Source: Bacteriovoracia bacterium
Lineage (GTDB): Bacteria; Bdellovibrionota; UBA1018; JBFWNL01
Direction of reading: 5' to 3'
NCBI GenBank assembly: GCA_050251055.1
Contig: JBFWNL010000007.1
Coordinates: forward strand, 32,001 to 96,000
DNA length: 64,000 nucleotides
How positions within the stretch are numbered: position 1 is the stretch's first letter; every line of letters starts with the position of its first letter. The notes beneath the pieces were generated by a model. The model had not been told where the DNA came from and made no database searches. It was given only the letters and a program-made list of their open reading frames with translations. Both the position numbers and the translations under genes were made by a program. Shown one piece after another: positions 18,572 to 27,954 of this stretch.

Positions 18572-20521
18572 ATGGGCCAGGAAGTACTCAAACGTTTCGA
18601 CCGCTACTACTTGCTCGACTCGATCGCGCAAGGGGGGATGGCCGAAATCTATCGCGCGCGACCCGCATCCTTGGATGGGGGAGGCCGTCTTGTCATCATC
18701 AAGCGCATCCTGGCGGGCTACGGCAAGAACAAAGACTTCCGCCAGATGTTCAAATCCGAAATCAAGGTCATGATGGGGTTCAATCATCCCAACGTGATTC
18801 AGCTGCATGACTTCGGCGAAGTGGAAAATCAGCCGTTCATCGCGATGGAGTACATGGACGGCAAAAATCTGCGCCAGTTCATCTCGCGTTTCGGCAAGAA
18901 AAATGAAACCCTGCCCGTCGAGCTTGCCGTGTACATCATCGAGCAGGTCGCGGCCGGCCTGCATTATGCCCACACCTTCAAAGATAAAATTTCCGGCGAA
19001 TCTCTGCGTATCGTCCACCGCGACATCAGCCCGCAGAACATTCTCATTTCCTACGAAGGCAGCGTCAAGATCATCGACTTCGGCATCGCGAAGGCCTCCA
19101 CAAACCAGGATTCCACGCGGGTGGGAATTATCAAGGGCAAGCCGAGTTATCTTTCGCCCGAACAAATCACCGCGCAGCCGCTCGATGCGCGTAGTGACAT
19201 TTTCTCGTTGGGCACGGTGCTGTGGGAAGCGCTCACCGGCAAGAAGCTTTTCGCTGTAACCAACGGCGAAAATGAGTTTGCGGTCCTGAAGCTGATTGAA
19301 AGCTCGGACAGCTACGTGAAGCCACCGTCGACCCAGAATCCGGAAATTCCCCGTGAGCTCGACGATATCGTCATGCGTGCGCTCGCTAAAAGCCGCGAGA
19401 AGCGCTTCCAGAGCTGCGAGGAGCTGCAGCGCGCGTTATCGCGATTCCTGCGCACGGCTTACCCAGATTTCAGCCCGTCGGATCTTTCGCATTCGGCCAA
19501 GAACCTCTTTAGCGAAGATATCGTGGAAGACCGCAAGCAGCTGCAGCGGTTGAGCGCGCGAGTGGATCAGCTGCTGCAAGAGGCCCGCCCGGCCGATGAG
19601 ATTTCCAAGACCTTCGGCTCCGAAAAGCCCGCGGATTTGCCTCCTCCCCGGCATGATTTCGATCCCCCCAGCACGGTCCCGCCGGACATGAAAACTTCCA
19701 TCAGCGGAAGATTGGGGCGTCTGGGCTCCATCAATAAGATTGAAATCGAATCGTCCTCGGTACGCCCCGATACTTTCCAGGGTAAAGCACCCACGAAGCG
19801 GCCCGAACCGAAGTCCCGTTCCAAGTCCGATCGAAGGGGAGGAACTCCCTATCGGTATACGCCAAAACAGGACATGCGCCTCGAACCCGGCCGCTCGCGC
19901 GGGGGTACGTTCCGCTTCGTAGCCGTGGTGCTTGCCGCGGTCGCCGGTTACGTTTACGTGACCCAGCCGACTGGCCCGGTCCCCGACCGTGGTCCGGGAT
20001 CGGAGAGGACCCCGCGCCCGACGGAAACGCGCGCGACCACGGGTAAGACCGTGCTCCGCCTGGTGGTGAACCCCGGCCTTTGGGGCAAGGCGACGTTGAA
20101 TGAGCGCGTGCTCGACAACAGTCACCCGATCATGGAAGTGCCGCTGGACCGCCCGCTTGAGCTAGTCATCCAGCAGGACCGGTTTAAGCCGTTCAAGCGC
20201 GAGTTCGTGATCAATTCGCGCGAGGCGGGAAATCAGGCGGAGTGGGTGATGAATATCACCCTCGATCCGGTGGAGTTCGGCTATCTCTCGATCACCACCA
20301 CTCCGAGCGCGGAGGCGATCATCCGCGCGGTGGATCGGGGCGTTGCCTCCGAGTCCAAACCCTGGATTCTGACCACTCCGTTCGAGAACGAGAAGCTTCC
20401 CGCGGGGACTTACCGCATCCACCTCGAGAATAAGGTCTTGGGGATGGAGAAGAATATCGTCGTCGATATCAAGGATGGGAAGACCATCCGCATGGTCGAA
20501 AAACTCAACCTCACGCCTTAG
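18572..20521 (+). CDS. Hanks-type Ser/Thr protein kinase with TM helix and PEGA-like periplasmic domains
   Basis: GGMAEIY, IKRIL, HRDISPQN, DFGIAK, YLSPEQ and SDIFSLG motifs. Confidence 0.92.
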   Translation: MGQEVLKRFDRYYLLDSIAQGGMAEIYRARPASLDGGGRLVIIKRILAGYGKNKDFRQMFKSEIKVMMGFNHPNVIQLHDFGEVENQPFIAMEYMDGKNLRQFISRFGKKNETLPVELAVYIIEQVAAGLHYAHTFKDKISGESLRIVHRDISPQNILISYEGSVKIIDFGIAKASTNQDSTRVGIIKGKPSYLSPEQITAQPLDARSDIFSLGTVLWEALTGKKLFAVTNGENEFAVLKLIESSDSYVKPPSTQNPEIPRELDDIVMRALAKSREKRFQSCEELQRALSRFLRTAYPDFSPSDLSHSAKNLFSEDIVEDRKQLQRLSARVDQLLQEARPADEISKTFGSEKPADLPPPRHDFDPPSTVPPDMKTSISGRLGRLGSINKIEIESSSVRPDTFQGKAPTKRPEPKSRSKSDRRGGTPYRYTPKQDMRLEPGRSRGGTFRFVAVVLAAVAGYVYVTQPTGPVPDRGPGSERTPRPTETRATTGKTVLRLVVNPGLWGKATLNERVLDNSHPIMEVPLDRPLELVIQQDRFKPFKREFVINSREAGNQAEWVMNITLDPVEFGYLSITTTPSAEAIIRAVDRGVASESKPWILTTPFENEKLPAGTYRIHLENKVLGMEKNIVVDIKDGKTIRMVEKLNLTP

Positions 20522-21195
20522 ACTTCGTACTTATATCCGACCCCATAAATCGAAATGATGTGCTTCGTAAGCGCCGGGATCTTCCGGCGCAGGGCGCGGA
20601 TGTGCACGTCGATCGTGCGATCGTTCGTTTTGCTCGACTGGTCCTTCCAGATTTCCTTCAGGATGTCCTCACGCGATACGATTGCGCCGGCTTTGGAGGC
20701 CAGGAAGCGGAGGATATCGAACTCGGTAAGCGTCAGCTGGATGCGCTTGCCGCCGTAAGTAATGTCGCGGCTGGCGGGATCGATCTTGAGATCGCCCAAC
20801 TGAATCGGCTGGGCCGCGCCTTCTTGCGCTTTACGCAACCGGGCGCGAATACGTGCCTGCAGTTCCTTATAGTCGAATGGCTTCGGGATATAGTCGTCGG
20901 CGCCGTTGCTCAGGCCGTGCGTGATATCCGTCACCGTGTTCTTGGCCGAGAGGAAGATGATCGGGATATGCTTCGTCTTCTCGTCTTTCTTGAGCAGGCT
21001 GCAGGTATCGTAACCGCTCAGGATCGGGAGCATGATGTCGAGCAAGATGATGTCCGGTGATTTATTGCGTGCGTAGTCGATGCCGATCACGCCGTTTTCC
21101 GCCGAGACGACCTCGAATTCTTTTCCCAGCATCACTTCCAAAAAACGTCGGGTGTCGGCGTTATCCTCAATGATCAGGATTCTATGCTTTTCCAT
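20518..21195 (-). CDS. OmpR/PhoB-family response regulator
   Basis: IIEDN, LLDIMLP, DYIPKPF, RTIDVHIRALRRK and GVGYKY motifs. Confidence 0.92.
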   Translation of the reverse strand: MEKHRILIIEDNADTRRFLEVMLGKEFEVVSAENGVIGIDYARNKSPDIILLDIMLPILSGYDTCSLLKKDEKTKHIPIIFLSAKNTVTDITHGLSNGADDYIPKPFDYKELQARIRARLRKAQEGAAQPIQLGDLKIDPASRDITYGGKRIQLTLTEFDILRFLASKAGAIVSREDILKEIWKDQSSKTNDRTIDVHIRALRRKIPALTKHIISIYGVGYKYEV

Positions 21196-21524
21196 ATGTC
21201 CGAATTGATCTCCGCTGATTTAAAGAAACGCAGCGATAACGCGCGCAGCGCTTCGAAGTGTTGATTTGACTCATCCAACGAACGGCACTTGATGGCATCC
21301 GCCAACAGGCCGTGCAATACTTTCTGCAGTTTTTCCACGCGCGCCTTCAAAAGCGCATTCTCGGCCTCAATGTCCTTGGCCAAATCAGGATTCTTGTTTT
21401 TCACCGCACCGGTGAGGCTGCGGCAGGCGCGCTCGATGTTGGAAATCTCATCCTTCATGCCTTGAATGCGGGCCGCGAGCTGCTGGTCCCGGGAGTCTGG
21501 CGAGTCTGTTTTGACTTCGCTCAT
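21174..21524 (-). CDS. Small coiled-coil hypothetical protein
   Basis: ATG 21524 overlaps the upstream TAA; in an apparent operon between the STAS gene and the regulator. Confidence 0.6.
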   Translation of the reverse strand: MSEVKTDSPDSRDQQLAARIQGMKDEISNIERACRSLTGAVKNKNPDLAKDIEAENALLKARVEKLQKVLHGLLADAIKCRSLDESNQHFEALRALSLRFFKSAEINSDIWKSIES

Positions 21525-22126
21525 TAGGGCACCCACTTCAGGTCTTGAAGGACCTTATTTAAAATTCCGTCGAGTTCGGTCCGCTTGGCATCCAGCGGGC
21601 TCGCCCCCGTGAATGGCTCCGCGGTCCGCTGCGTGCGCAGCTGGGAAATTTCTTGCTCTAGTTCACGAATCGCCCGTTTGAGCGTGGAGTTCTCTTTGCG
21701 GGCTTTTTGCAGGCCTTCCGCGGCGGCGCTCATCGCTTGGATTTTTGCTTCGAGTTCGGCCTTTAACTTCGTCGCCGTTTCGAGGCGGGCTTTCCAGCGG
21801 GCCTCATCCTCGAGCAGCCCTGCCACCGGCGAAGCCGCGAGCGTGAGAGCCGCTTCTTCCGTCGGCGCGTCGCCGATGCCGGCGGCAGCACTCACAAGAA
21901 TCAAACGCGCACTCATCGTGGCGGCGGTATCTTTCAGGCCACGAATTTTCTGAAGGGATTCTGCGTCAATTTGGCTCACTGCGGCGAGATTTACGATCAG
22001 GACTGGAACGCTTGACTGTAAAATTTTTGTAACCCCGGCGCAGAGCACCGCAGCATCCTGAGGGGAAACCCCTTCGAGGACTTGAAGAACCTTCATTCCT
22101 TGCTTTTCTTCGAGTTTGAGCTTCAT
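21524..22126 (-). CDS. STAS (anti-anti-sigma-like) domain plus coiled coil
   Basis: MKLKLEE...LIVNLAAVSQIDAESL STAS pattern; start 22126 preferred over 22183. Confidence 0.55.
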   Translation of the reverse strand: MKLKLEEKQGMKVLQVLEGVSPQDAAVLCAGVTKILQSSVPVLIVNLAAVSQIDAESLQKIRGLKDTAATMSARLILVSAAAGIGDAPTEEAALTLAASPVAGLLEDEARWKARLETATKLKAELEAKIQAMSAAAEGLQKARKENSTLKRAIRELEQEISQLRTQRTAEPFTGASPLDAKRTELDGILNKVLQDLKWVP

Positions 22127-22220
22127 TATTTCAGAAAATTCACAATCTGTTTCTAATATAACTCTGTGAACTCGACTTTTCATCTCATTTCGAAAAATTT
22201 CCAGTTACTATTAAAAGAAG

Positions 22221-23324
22221 ATGGCACAGCCCACTGCGCCAAAGATCTCGGATCCTGGCATTGAGAGCGAACTGCTCCAGCTTCCTTGGTTGCAGGGAGT
22301 CGAGTTCGTTCCCCTCACTCAGAAGTTTTTTGCCGACATCGCCCCCAAGCTGCGTCTGCCGCGCACGAGCCACCAGATTCTTCACGCGTTCGCCCGCCCG
22401 GATGTTTCCGCGGATGATATCGCCCAGGCGCTGCGGGAAAATCCTTACTATGAGTTTCAGTTCCTAAAGATGATCGATTCGCTGTCCAAGCGTGAAGATC
22501 AACCCAGCGTCGAAGCCGCGGTTCCACTTTTGGGCATGACGAACTCGCGCAATCTGATTCTCGCGATGCAGCTGTTACGCACCGTGCAGGGTGTGCACCC
22601 CCCTTGGGATGACAACGGCAAGCTGCAAATGGCGCCGAAAGATACCATTCAGCTGACGTTGAAGTTGGAAGAGTCGCTCGGGCAGAAGAAAGAGGTTCAT
22701 GCCGAGACGACCTACGGCGCGGCCCTGATATACGATTATCTCGCCCAGATCTCGGGCGTGATTGGAGCGGACGCCAAGGCGCCCGAGGTGATCAAGGAGT
22801 TTTTCTCCGCGAGCTTGCGAGTGGCGAACGTGAGCCGGGGACTCGGGGACGTGCTGCCCGACATCACCTACAAAAAGTATCTTTTTGGAACTTGCCTCGC
22901 GGCGGGGGTGGGGCAGGCGATCTTCGCTCTGCTGGATCCGGCCTATCCGGCGTTCGTCGAGGAATTCAAAGAAAAGGGTGGGCCACCCCAGCTTCGGAGT
23001 CACCTTGAGCAGAAGAAGTACAAGGTTTCGCACCCACTCTTCGCGGCGCTTGCTTGCCATCACTTCGGCGTGTTGAAGCCCGTGGCCGCCGCGATTCTTT
23101 TCCAAGACGTGCCTTATTATTTAAAGGAGCGGAACAAAAACGCGTATCAGCTCGCCTGCGCCGTCAATCTCTGTCTCAATGTCGCCGCCAATTTCAAAAA
23201 GCCGACCGGCTTGCAAGACGTGCTGCTCGGGCTATGGAAGAGCCCAGAAACCGTGGGCATTCAGGTGGATTCCGCCAAGCTGACGGCGGCGGTCGAAAAG
23301 CTTGTGCAAAAAGGATTGAATTAG
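22221..23324 (+). CDS. HDOD-domain signalling protein (degenerate)
   Basis: LPRTSHQIL, VSADDIAQAL, SVEAAVPLLG and KYKVSHPLF HDOD patterns. Confidence 0.7.
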   Translation: MAQPTAPKISDPGIESELLQLPWLQGVEFVPLTQKFFADIAPKLRLPRTSHQILHAFARPDVSADDIAQALRENPYYEFQFLKMIDSLSKREDQPSVEAAVPLLGMTNSRNLILAMQLLRTVQGVHPPWDDNGKLQMAPKDTIQLTLKLEESLGQKKEVHAETTYGAALIYDYLAQISGVIGADAKAPEVIKEFFSASLRVANVSRGLGDVLPDITYKKYLFGTCLAAGVGQAIFALLDPAYPAFVEEFKEKGGPPQLRSHLEQKKYKVSHPLFAALACHHFGVLKPVAAAILFQDVPYYLKERNKNAYQLACAVNLCLNVAANFKKPTGLQDVLLGLWKSPETVGIQVDSAKLTAAVEKLVQKGLN

Positions 23325-23336
23325 CCGGTCCCGCGT

Positions 23337-23984
23337 TCAGGCGGCCTTGCGGTACTGCGCGAAGAGGAACTCTTCGGTGATTTCCTCTTCGTGCTCGCCC
23401 CACTTCGGGTGCGCTTGCATGAAGATCTTCACCAACTGCGGGTCGAACTGGCGTCCAGCGAAGGTCATGAGTTCCTTGTAAGCCACTTCGAACGGCAAGC
23501 CCTTGCGGTAGGGGCGAGTCGTGGTCATCGCGTCGAACGTGTCGGCGATCACGATGATGCGCGCGGCGAGCGGGATCTGATCCTGCTTGATGCCGTAAGG
23601 ATAGCCGCGGCCGTCCACGCGTTCGTGATGATGACGAATTCCTGGCAGCGTTGCGCGGAAGAAAGGAAGCGAGGTGAGCGGCGAGATGATCTCGGCGCTT
23701 TTCACGGGGTGTGCCTTTACGAGCTCGATTTCTTCAGGCGTCAGTTTTCCGGGCTTCAAAAGCACGGTGTCCGGAATGCCCATCTTGCCCAGATCGTGAA
23801 ACACGCTGGCGAACTCGATCACGCGTTGCTCGTAGTCACTGAGTCCGGCCGCCTTGGCGAGTAGCCGCGCGTTGCGCGCGACCCGACGGCAGTGACCGTA
23901 GGTGTAGGGGTCTTTTTCTTTGACGGCTCGAAGTAGAGCTTGCGCGACACTTTGAGCCCAGTCTGGGATATCATCCCAAGCCAT
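23337..23984 (-). CDS. Stand-alone HD-GYP cyclic-dinucleotide phosphodiesterase
   Basis: KDPYTYGH, FHDLGK, HHERVDGRGYP and IADTFDAMTTTRPY motifs. Confidence 0.92.
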   Translation of the reverse strand: MAWDDIPDWAQSVAQALLRAVKEKDPYTYGHCRRVARNARLLAKAAGLSDYEQRVIEFASVFHDLGKMGIPDTVLLKPGKLTPEEIELVKAHPVKSAEIISPLTSLPFFRATLPGIRHHHERVDGRGYPYGIKQDQIPLAARIIVIADTFDAMTTTRPYRKGLPFEVAYKELMTFAGRQFDPQLVKIFMQAHPKWGEHEEEITEEFLFAQYRKAA

Positions 23985-24052
23985 TCCATTTACCTCAAGT
24001 ATAGGATCGGAAAAGCCTTACTAATTCTGTAGATAATTGTTATCAAGTGATT

Positions 24053-24079
24053 TCAATAAGATAACTGCTTCCCCGATAC
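24053..24079 (+). promoter_or_regulatory. Sigma28-like promoter
   Basis: TCAA-N15-CCCGATAC upstream of the barrel-PP2C pair. Confidence 0.45.
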
Positions 24080-24187
24080 GCTCTTCTCTCTGTAACTGCT
24101 CTAAAATGGTACCCATAACAACGCACTGTGTCAAATAGGCAAACCTTACCCATTCTGCTTTTTGAGGGGGATACCGAAGAGAAGGCT

Positions 24188-25291
24188 ATGAAGTGCCTAA
24201 GCCCTCTTCATTATTGGTTTTTTTTAGTCGGAGGGATTTCTCTCGGCGGCCTGAATTACGCTCATGCGCGGCTCGACTACATTCCGGGTTCCCGCTATAC
24301 GTCGGCGCGCGCGGCCGCACTCGGTGACGCTTTCATTCCGCTCGCCGAGGACGGCGCCTCGGCGCTTTTCTACAATCCGGCGATGATCGCGGGTTTGCGT
24401 AAGCCCCACTTCGAACCCCTGAATTTCCAGCTGCAGGCCAACACAGATCTCATGCGCATGCTGCGCCTCGATTTCTACAAAGCGATGAGCTTGAGTGGCT
24501 ATTTGCCCAACTTGCAGGGAAACGAAGACAAGTTTCCCGGCTTCGGCTACGCGCTTTTCCCCAACTTCTTCCTGAAGGGGATTTCCTTCGGCGTGCTTTA
24601 TCAAGGTCAGGTCGCGGGTCAGGTGACCGGCAGTAACGTACGTTACCGCAGCAAATATCAGTTGATCCCTACCTTCGGTTTCGGCGTGCCGCTCGCGCAC
24701 GGGATCGTGAAGCTGGGCTACTCGTTGCAGTGGGTGAATCAGGCTTCCGGCGATCTAACGGTGCCGGTCAGCAACGATCCGCTGGGTTACAACCAAGGGC
24801 TCGCGCAGGGTACGGGCATTTCCCACAATCTGGGTTTTACCATTACGTTTCCGGTGCGCCTCTTGCCGACGTTTAGCTTGGTCGCGCGCAATCTCGGGGG
24901 CCTGCACTGGTACAGCAACTCAACGCTTCTAGGGCTTTCGAAAAACCCCGCGGGCGCGCTCGAGGACGAGGCGATGAGCTTGGACGCCGCTTTCAGCTTC
25001 CGCGCGAACATGGGCAAAGGCTCGTACTCGAATATCGCGCTTCAACTTCGGGATGCTTTAGGATCTTCGGGGGCGTCGATGATTCGACGCCTGGCGGCCG
25101 GTTGGGAAATGGTTTTCGGATCGTTTCGCGTGCGCCTCGGCGTCAACAGCTTGTATCCGAGCGCGGGCTTGGGCTTTTCGCGGGAAACCGCCGACTTTGG
25201 CTTAACTTGGCACAGTGAGGATATCGGGACCGCCGCCGCTCCGAACCGGGACGTCCGATTCATCCTTCACTATCAGATACGCGCATTTTAA
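24188..25291 (+). CDS. Outer-membrane barrel, FadL/TraF/PorV-like
   Basis: Signal peptide ending AHA|R; SARAAALGDAF...ALFYNPA plug motif; C-terminal Phe. Confidence 0.7.
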   Translation: MKCLSPLHYWFFLVGGISLGGLNYAHARLDYIPGSRYTSARAAALGDAFIPLAEDGASALFYNPAMIAGLRKPHFEPLNFQLQANTDLMRMLRLDFYKAMSLSGYLPNLQGNEDKFPGFGYALFPNFFLKGISFGVLYQGQVAGQVTGSNVRYRSKYQLIPTFGFGVPLAHGIVKLGYSLQWVNQASGDLTVPVSNDPLGYNQGLAQGTGISHNLGFTITFPVRLLPTFSLVARNLGGLHWYSNSTLLGLSKNPAGALEDEAMSLDAAFSFRANMGKGSYSNIALQLRDALGSSGASMIRRLAAGWEMVFGSFRVRLGVNSLYPSAGLGFSRETADFGLTWHSEDIGTAAAPNRDVRFILHYQIRAF

Positions 25292-25309
25292 CGGGAGAGG
25301 TCGCAAAGC

Positions 25310-26452
25310 ATGGTCCTAAGCATGACGGCATTGGTGAAGAACCCTACGGGCGATGGGCAGCCGAGCTGGGTCGCGGAACTTCAGCGGGCGCTGGCGCGCT
25401 TCCCGGGGTTCGAGTCCGTGATCTCTTTCCAGGCCGATCAACCTGGCCAAGTAATTTTTGTCGATGCAAAGTTACCGGACCTGGCCGATGTTCTCGCGCG
25501 TCTGGATCGGCGCGGTCGCGCGGTTTTCTTGGTGGTGGGCGACGTCGAAACCGTTCCTGCCGAATGGGTGGCGGGGCAGGTGGACGACGTACTGGTATAT
25601 CCGTTTCGCGACCTCGAGGTTTTGGGCAAGCTCAAGCATTTCCAGCGGATCTTGATGTGGGACGAAGTGGAGCAGATTAACCGCTCTTTCACCGACCTGG
25701 TGGAAAGCCTGCGCGGCGACCTTCAGCTCGCCGAACGACTGCAGAAGAAGAAGTTTCCTACTCGCTTCGCTAACCTGAAGGGGTTTTCGGTGAAGAGCCG
25801 CTATCTGGCGGGTGGCCGTTCCGGCGGCGATTATTTCGATTTATCGGAGGCTAGCCCAGGCGGACCCCTAAGTTTCGTGCTCACGGATTCGTCGACTTAC
25901 GGCCTGTCGAGCGCCGTGCTTTCCGTGCTGATGAGCACGGCCGTGAAACTCGGTGCCGGCGAGAACCGCTCCTGCGCCGAGACCGTGCGCCGTATTCATG
26001 AGCACCTGGCCGCGACTCTAGGCCCGAAGGATCAGCTCTCGCTCGCGTACGGCACTATTCAGCGGAAGGACCTTTCATTGAGCTTGCTGTGCCTAGGCAG
26101 CGTGGGCGTGTTTCACTCGGCGAACGGAACCGCCTTCACGCGCGTGCCCGCCCAGGCGGCGGCGCTTTCCCAGACGAATGTTTTTAAGGTGACGGAAGAT
26201 TATCGGGTGAATTTGAAACCCCTGGACCGCATCGTACTTTTCTCCGACGGTTTTATCGAAGGAGTCGGCGGCGAGCAAAAAGCCCTGGGGATGCTCAATA
26301 CGTTCCGTAAAAAGGAATCGACCGAGCTGTTGAATGAGTTTCTATTTAAAATAAAGAGTGGGCTCGAATCGTCCGACGACCTGCCCGAACAGGATTGCAC
26401 CGGAGTCGTGCTCGACGTTGAGAGCAACGTCTTGAGCCTGGCCCGGGGTTAA
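25310..26452 (+). CDS. SpoIIE/RsbU-type PP2C phosphatase with degenerate receiver-like N-terminus
   Basis: SGGDYFD, LTDSSTYG, LFSDGFIE and QDCTGVVLD motifs. Confidence 0.8.
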   Translation: MVLSMTALVKNPTGDGQPSWVAELQRALARFPGFESVISFQADQPGQVIFVDAKLPDLADVLARLDRRGRAVFLVVGDVETVPAEWVAGQVDDVLVYPFRDLEVLGKLKHFQRILMWDEVEQINRSFTDLVESLRGDLQLAERLQKKKFPTRFANLKGFSVKSRYLAGGRSGGDYFDLSEASPGGPLSFVLTDSSTYGLSSAVLSVLMSTAVKLGAGENRSCAETVRRIHEHLAATLGPKDQLSLAYGTIQRKDLSLSLLCLGSVGVFHSANGTAFTRVPAQAAALSQTNVFKVTEDYRVNLKPLDRIVLFSDGFIEGVGGEQKALGMLNTFRKKESTELLNEFLFKIKSGLESSDDLPEQDCTGVVLDVESNVLSLARG

Positions 26453-26514
26453 GCCAACGCGAGACGCGAGTTGGTCTTGAGCAGCTTCTTGATAAACTCT
26501 CTCAGCTTTTTCAT
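26449..26514 (-). CDS. Putative 21-aa cationic amphipathic peptide MKKLREFIKKLLKTNSRLALA
   Basis: Translated by hand; AAGGA RBS 4 nt before the ATG; stop overlaps the PP2C stop. Confidence 0.45.
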   Translation of the reverse strand: MKKLREFIKKLLKTNSRLALA

Positions 26515-26793
26515 TAGTTCCTTTTCTAGCGAACAACCGACTAAAAATCAACGGTTTCATTCGAGCTCCTACTGACGCTACGGGTTAAGTCGCTACTCGG
26601 AAATCAAATGGGATTTTGGGGGTGGAGGGGTAGTCAGATGACCCGACCGACCCCTCCGAGCAGATGATGAACACGTTATACACGAGACCCCTCATGACTA
26701 CGAATGAGTAGTTCTGGGGTGAGTTCATCAGAAAAACTGATGATAACTAATGCCGAGCTTTCGCGGGGTTACGTCCCGGGGAGACGGTAGCGG

Positions 26794-27954
26794 CTAGCCC
26801 AGGGCCTGCGCTAGGTCCGCTTTGAGGTCGGCTAGGTCCTCGATGCCCACGCTGATCCGCACGAGGTTATCGAGGATTCCAAGCTTTTTGCGATTCTCGG
26901 CCGGGACGCTCGCATGGGTCATGATCGCCGGGTGTTCGATCAACGATTCCACGCCGCCTAAGCTCTCGGCTAAGGTGAAAATCTTCACCTTTTCTAAAAA
27001 TGCCCGCGCCTCTGGGAGGCCGCCTTTGATCAAGAACGTGATCATCCCGCCGAAGCCCGACATCTGTTCGCGAGCAAGCTGGTGTTGGGGGTGCGAGGTT
27101 AGGCCCGGGTAGATCACGCGCTCGACTTTGGCGTGGCTTTCCAGGTACTTCGCTATTTCCATCGCGTTCTGGGCGTGGCGCTCCATGCGGACGTGCAGCG
27201 TTTTCAGCCCGCGCATCACGAGGAAGCAGTCCTGCGGTCCGGGTACGGCCCCGATTGCTAACTGCAAGAATTTGAGGCGATCATGTACCGACGAGTCGTT
27301 GGTAATGAGCACGCCGCCGATCACGTCGCTGTGGCCGTTCATGTACTTGGTTACGCTGTGCATGACGATGTCGGCGCCCAGCGCGAGCGGTTTCTGGAAG
27401 TACGGACTCATGAAGGTGTTATCGACTACGCAAAGCGCGCCCTTTTTCCGGCCAAGTTCGCACAGCGCCCGGAGGTCGAGCAGCTTGAGCATGGGGTTGG
27501 TGGGGCTTTCCATCCACAAAAGCTTGGTGCTCGGCTTGAACGCGGCCTCGGCTTTTTTCAAGTCCGAGAGATCGGCCAGCGTAAATTCGATCCCCAGGTG
27601 CTTGAACACCTTATCGAAGATGCGGAAGGTCCCACCGTAGACGTCATCGCAAAGCACGACGTGGTCGCCGGCCTTTAGGAGATGGATCACGGCATCGATC
27701 GCGCCCAGGCCCGATGAATAAGCGAGTCCGAACTTACCGCCCTCGAGCGCGGCCACGCAGTCTTGGTAGGCTTTGCGCGTCGGATTGTCGGCGCGCGAAT
27801 AGTCATAGCCCTGGTGCTCGCCCGGCGACTTCTGGGCGTAAGTGCTGGTTTGGTAGATCGGGGTCATCACCGCGCCGGTGACCGGGCAGGGGGGCTGTCC
27901 TGCGTGAATGGCAAGTGTGCCGAATCCCAGTTTTTCCAATTTTTCGCTCTTCAT
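26794..27954 (-). CDS. Cystathionine gamma-lyase/synthase
   Basis: PIYQTSTY, YSRADNPT, ESPTNP, DNTF, HSVTKY (PLP Lys) and AESLGGVES motifs. Confidence 0.92.
   Translation of the reverse strand: MKSEKLEKLGFGTLAIHAGQPPCPVTGAVMTPIYQTSTYAQKSPGEHQGYDYSRADNPTRKAYQDCVAALEGGKFGLAYSSGLGAIDAVIHLLKAGDHVVLCDDVYGGTFRIFDKVFKHLGIEFTLADLSDLKKAEAAFKPSTKLLWMESPTNPMLKLLDLRALCELGRKKGALCVVDNTFMSPYFQKPLALGADIVMHSVTKYMNGHSDVIGGVLITNDSSVHDRLKFLQLAIGAVPGPQDCFLVMRGLKTLHVRMERHAQNAMEIAKYLESHAKVERVIYPGLTSHPQHQLAREQMSGFGGMITFLIKGGLPEARAFLEKVKIFTLAESLGGVESLIEHPAIMTHASVPAENRKKLGILDNLVRISVGIEDLADLKADLAQALG

Noticed and set aside
26449-26514. tmRNA tag reading frame (ends LALA)
   Set aside because: It has its own RBS and ATG, and I see no tRNA-like ends.
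26342-26560. 72-aa ORF as a stand-alone protein gene
   Set aside because: Good RBS but runs about 110 nt antisense into the PP2C gene with no recognisable features; kept only as a possible leader ORF.
26725-26765. Hammerhead ribozyme (CTGATGA and GAAA nearby on the minus strand)
   Set aside because: Stems II and III and the UH cleavage site cannot be formed; CTGATGA is explained by the palindrome.
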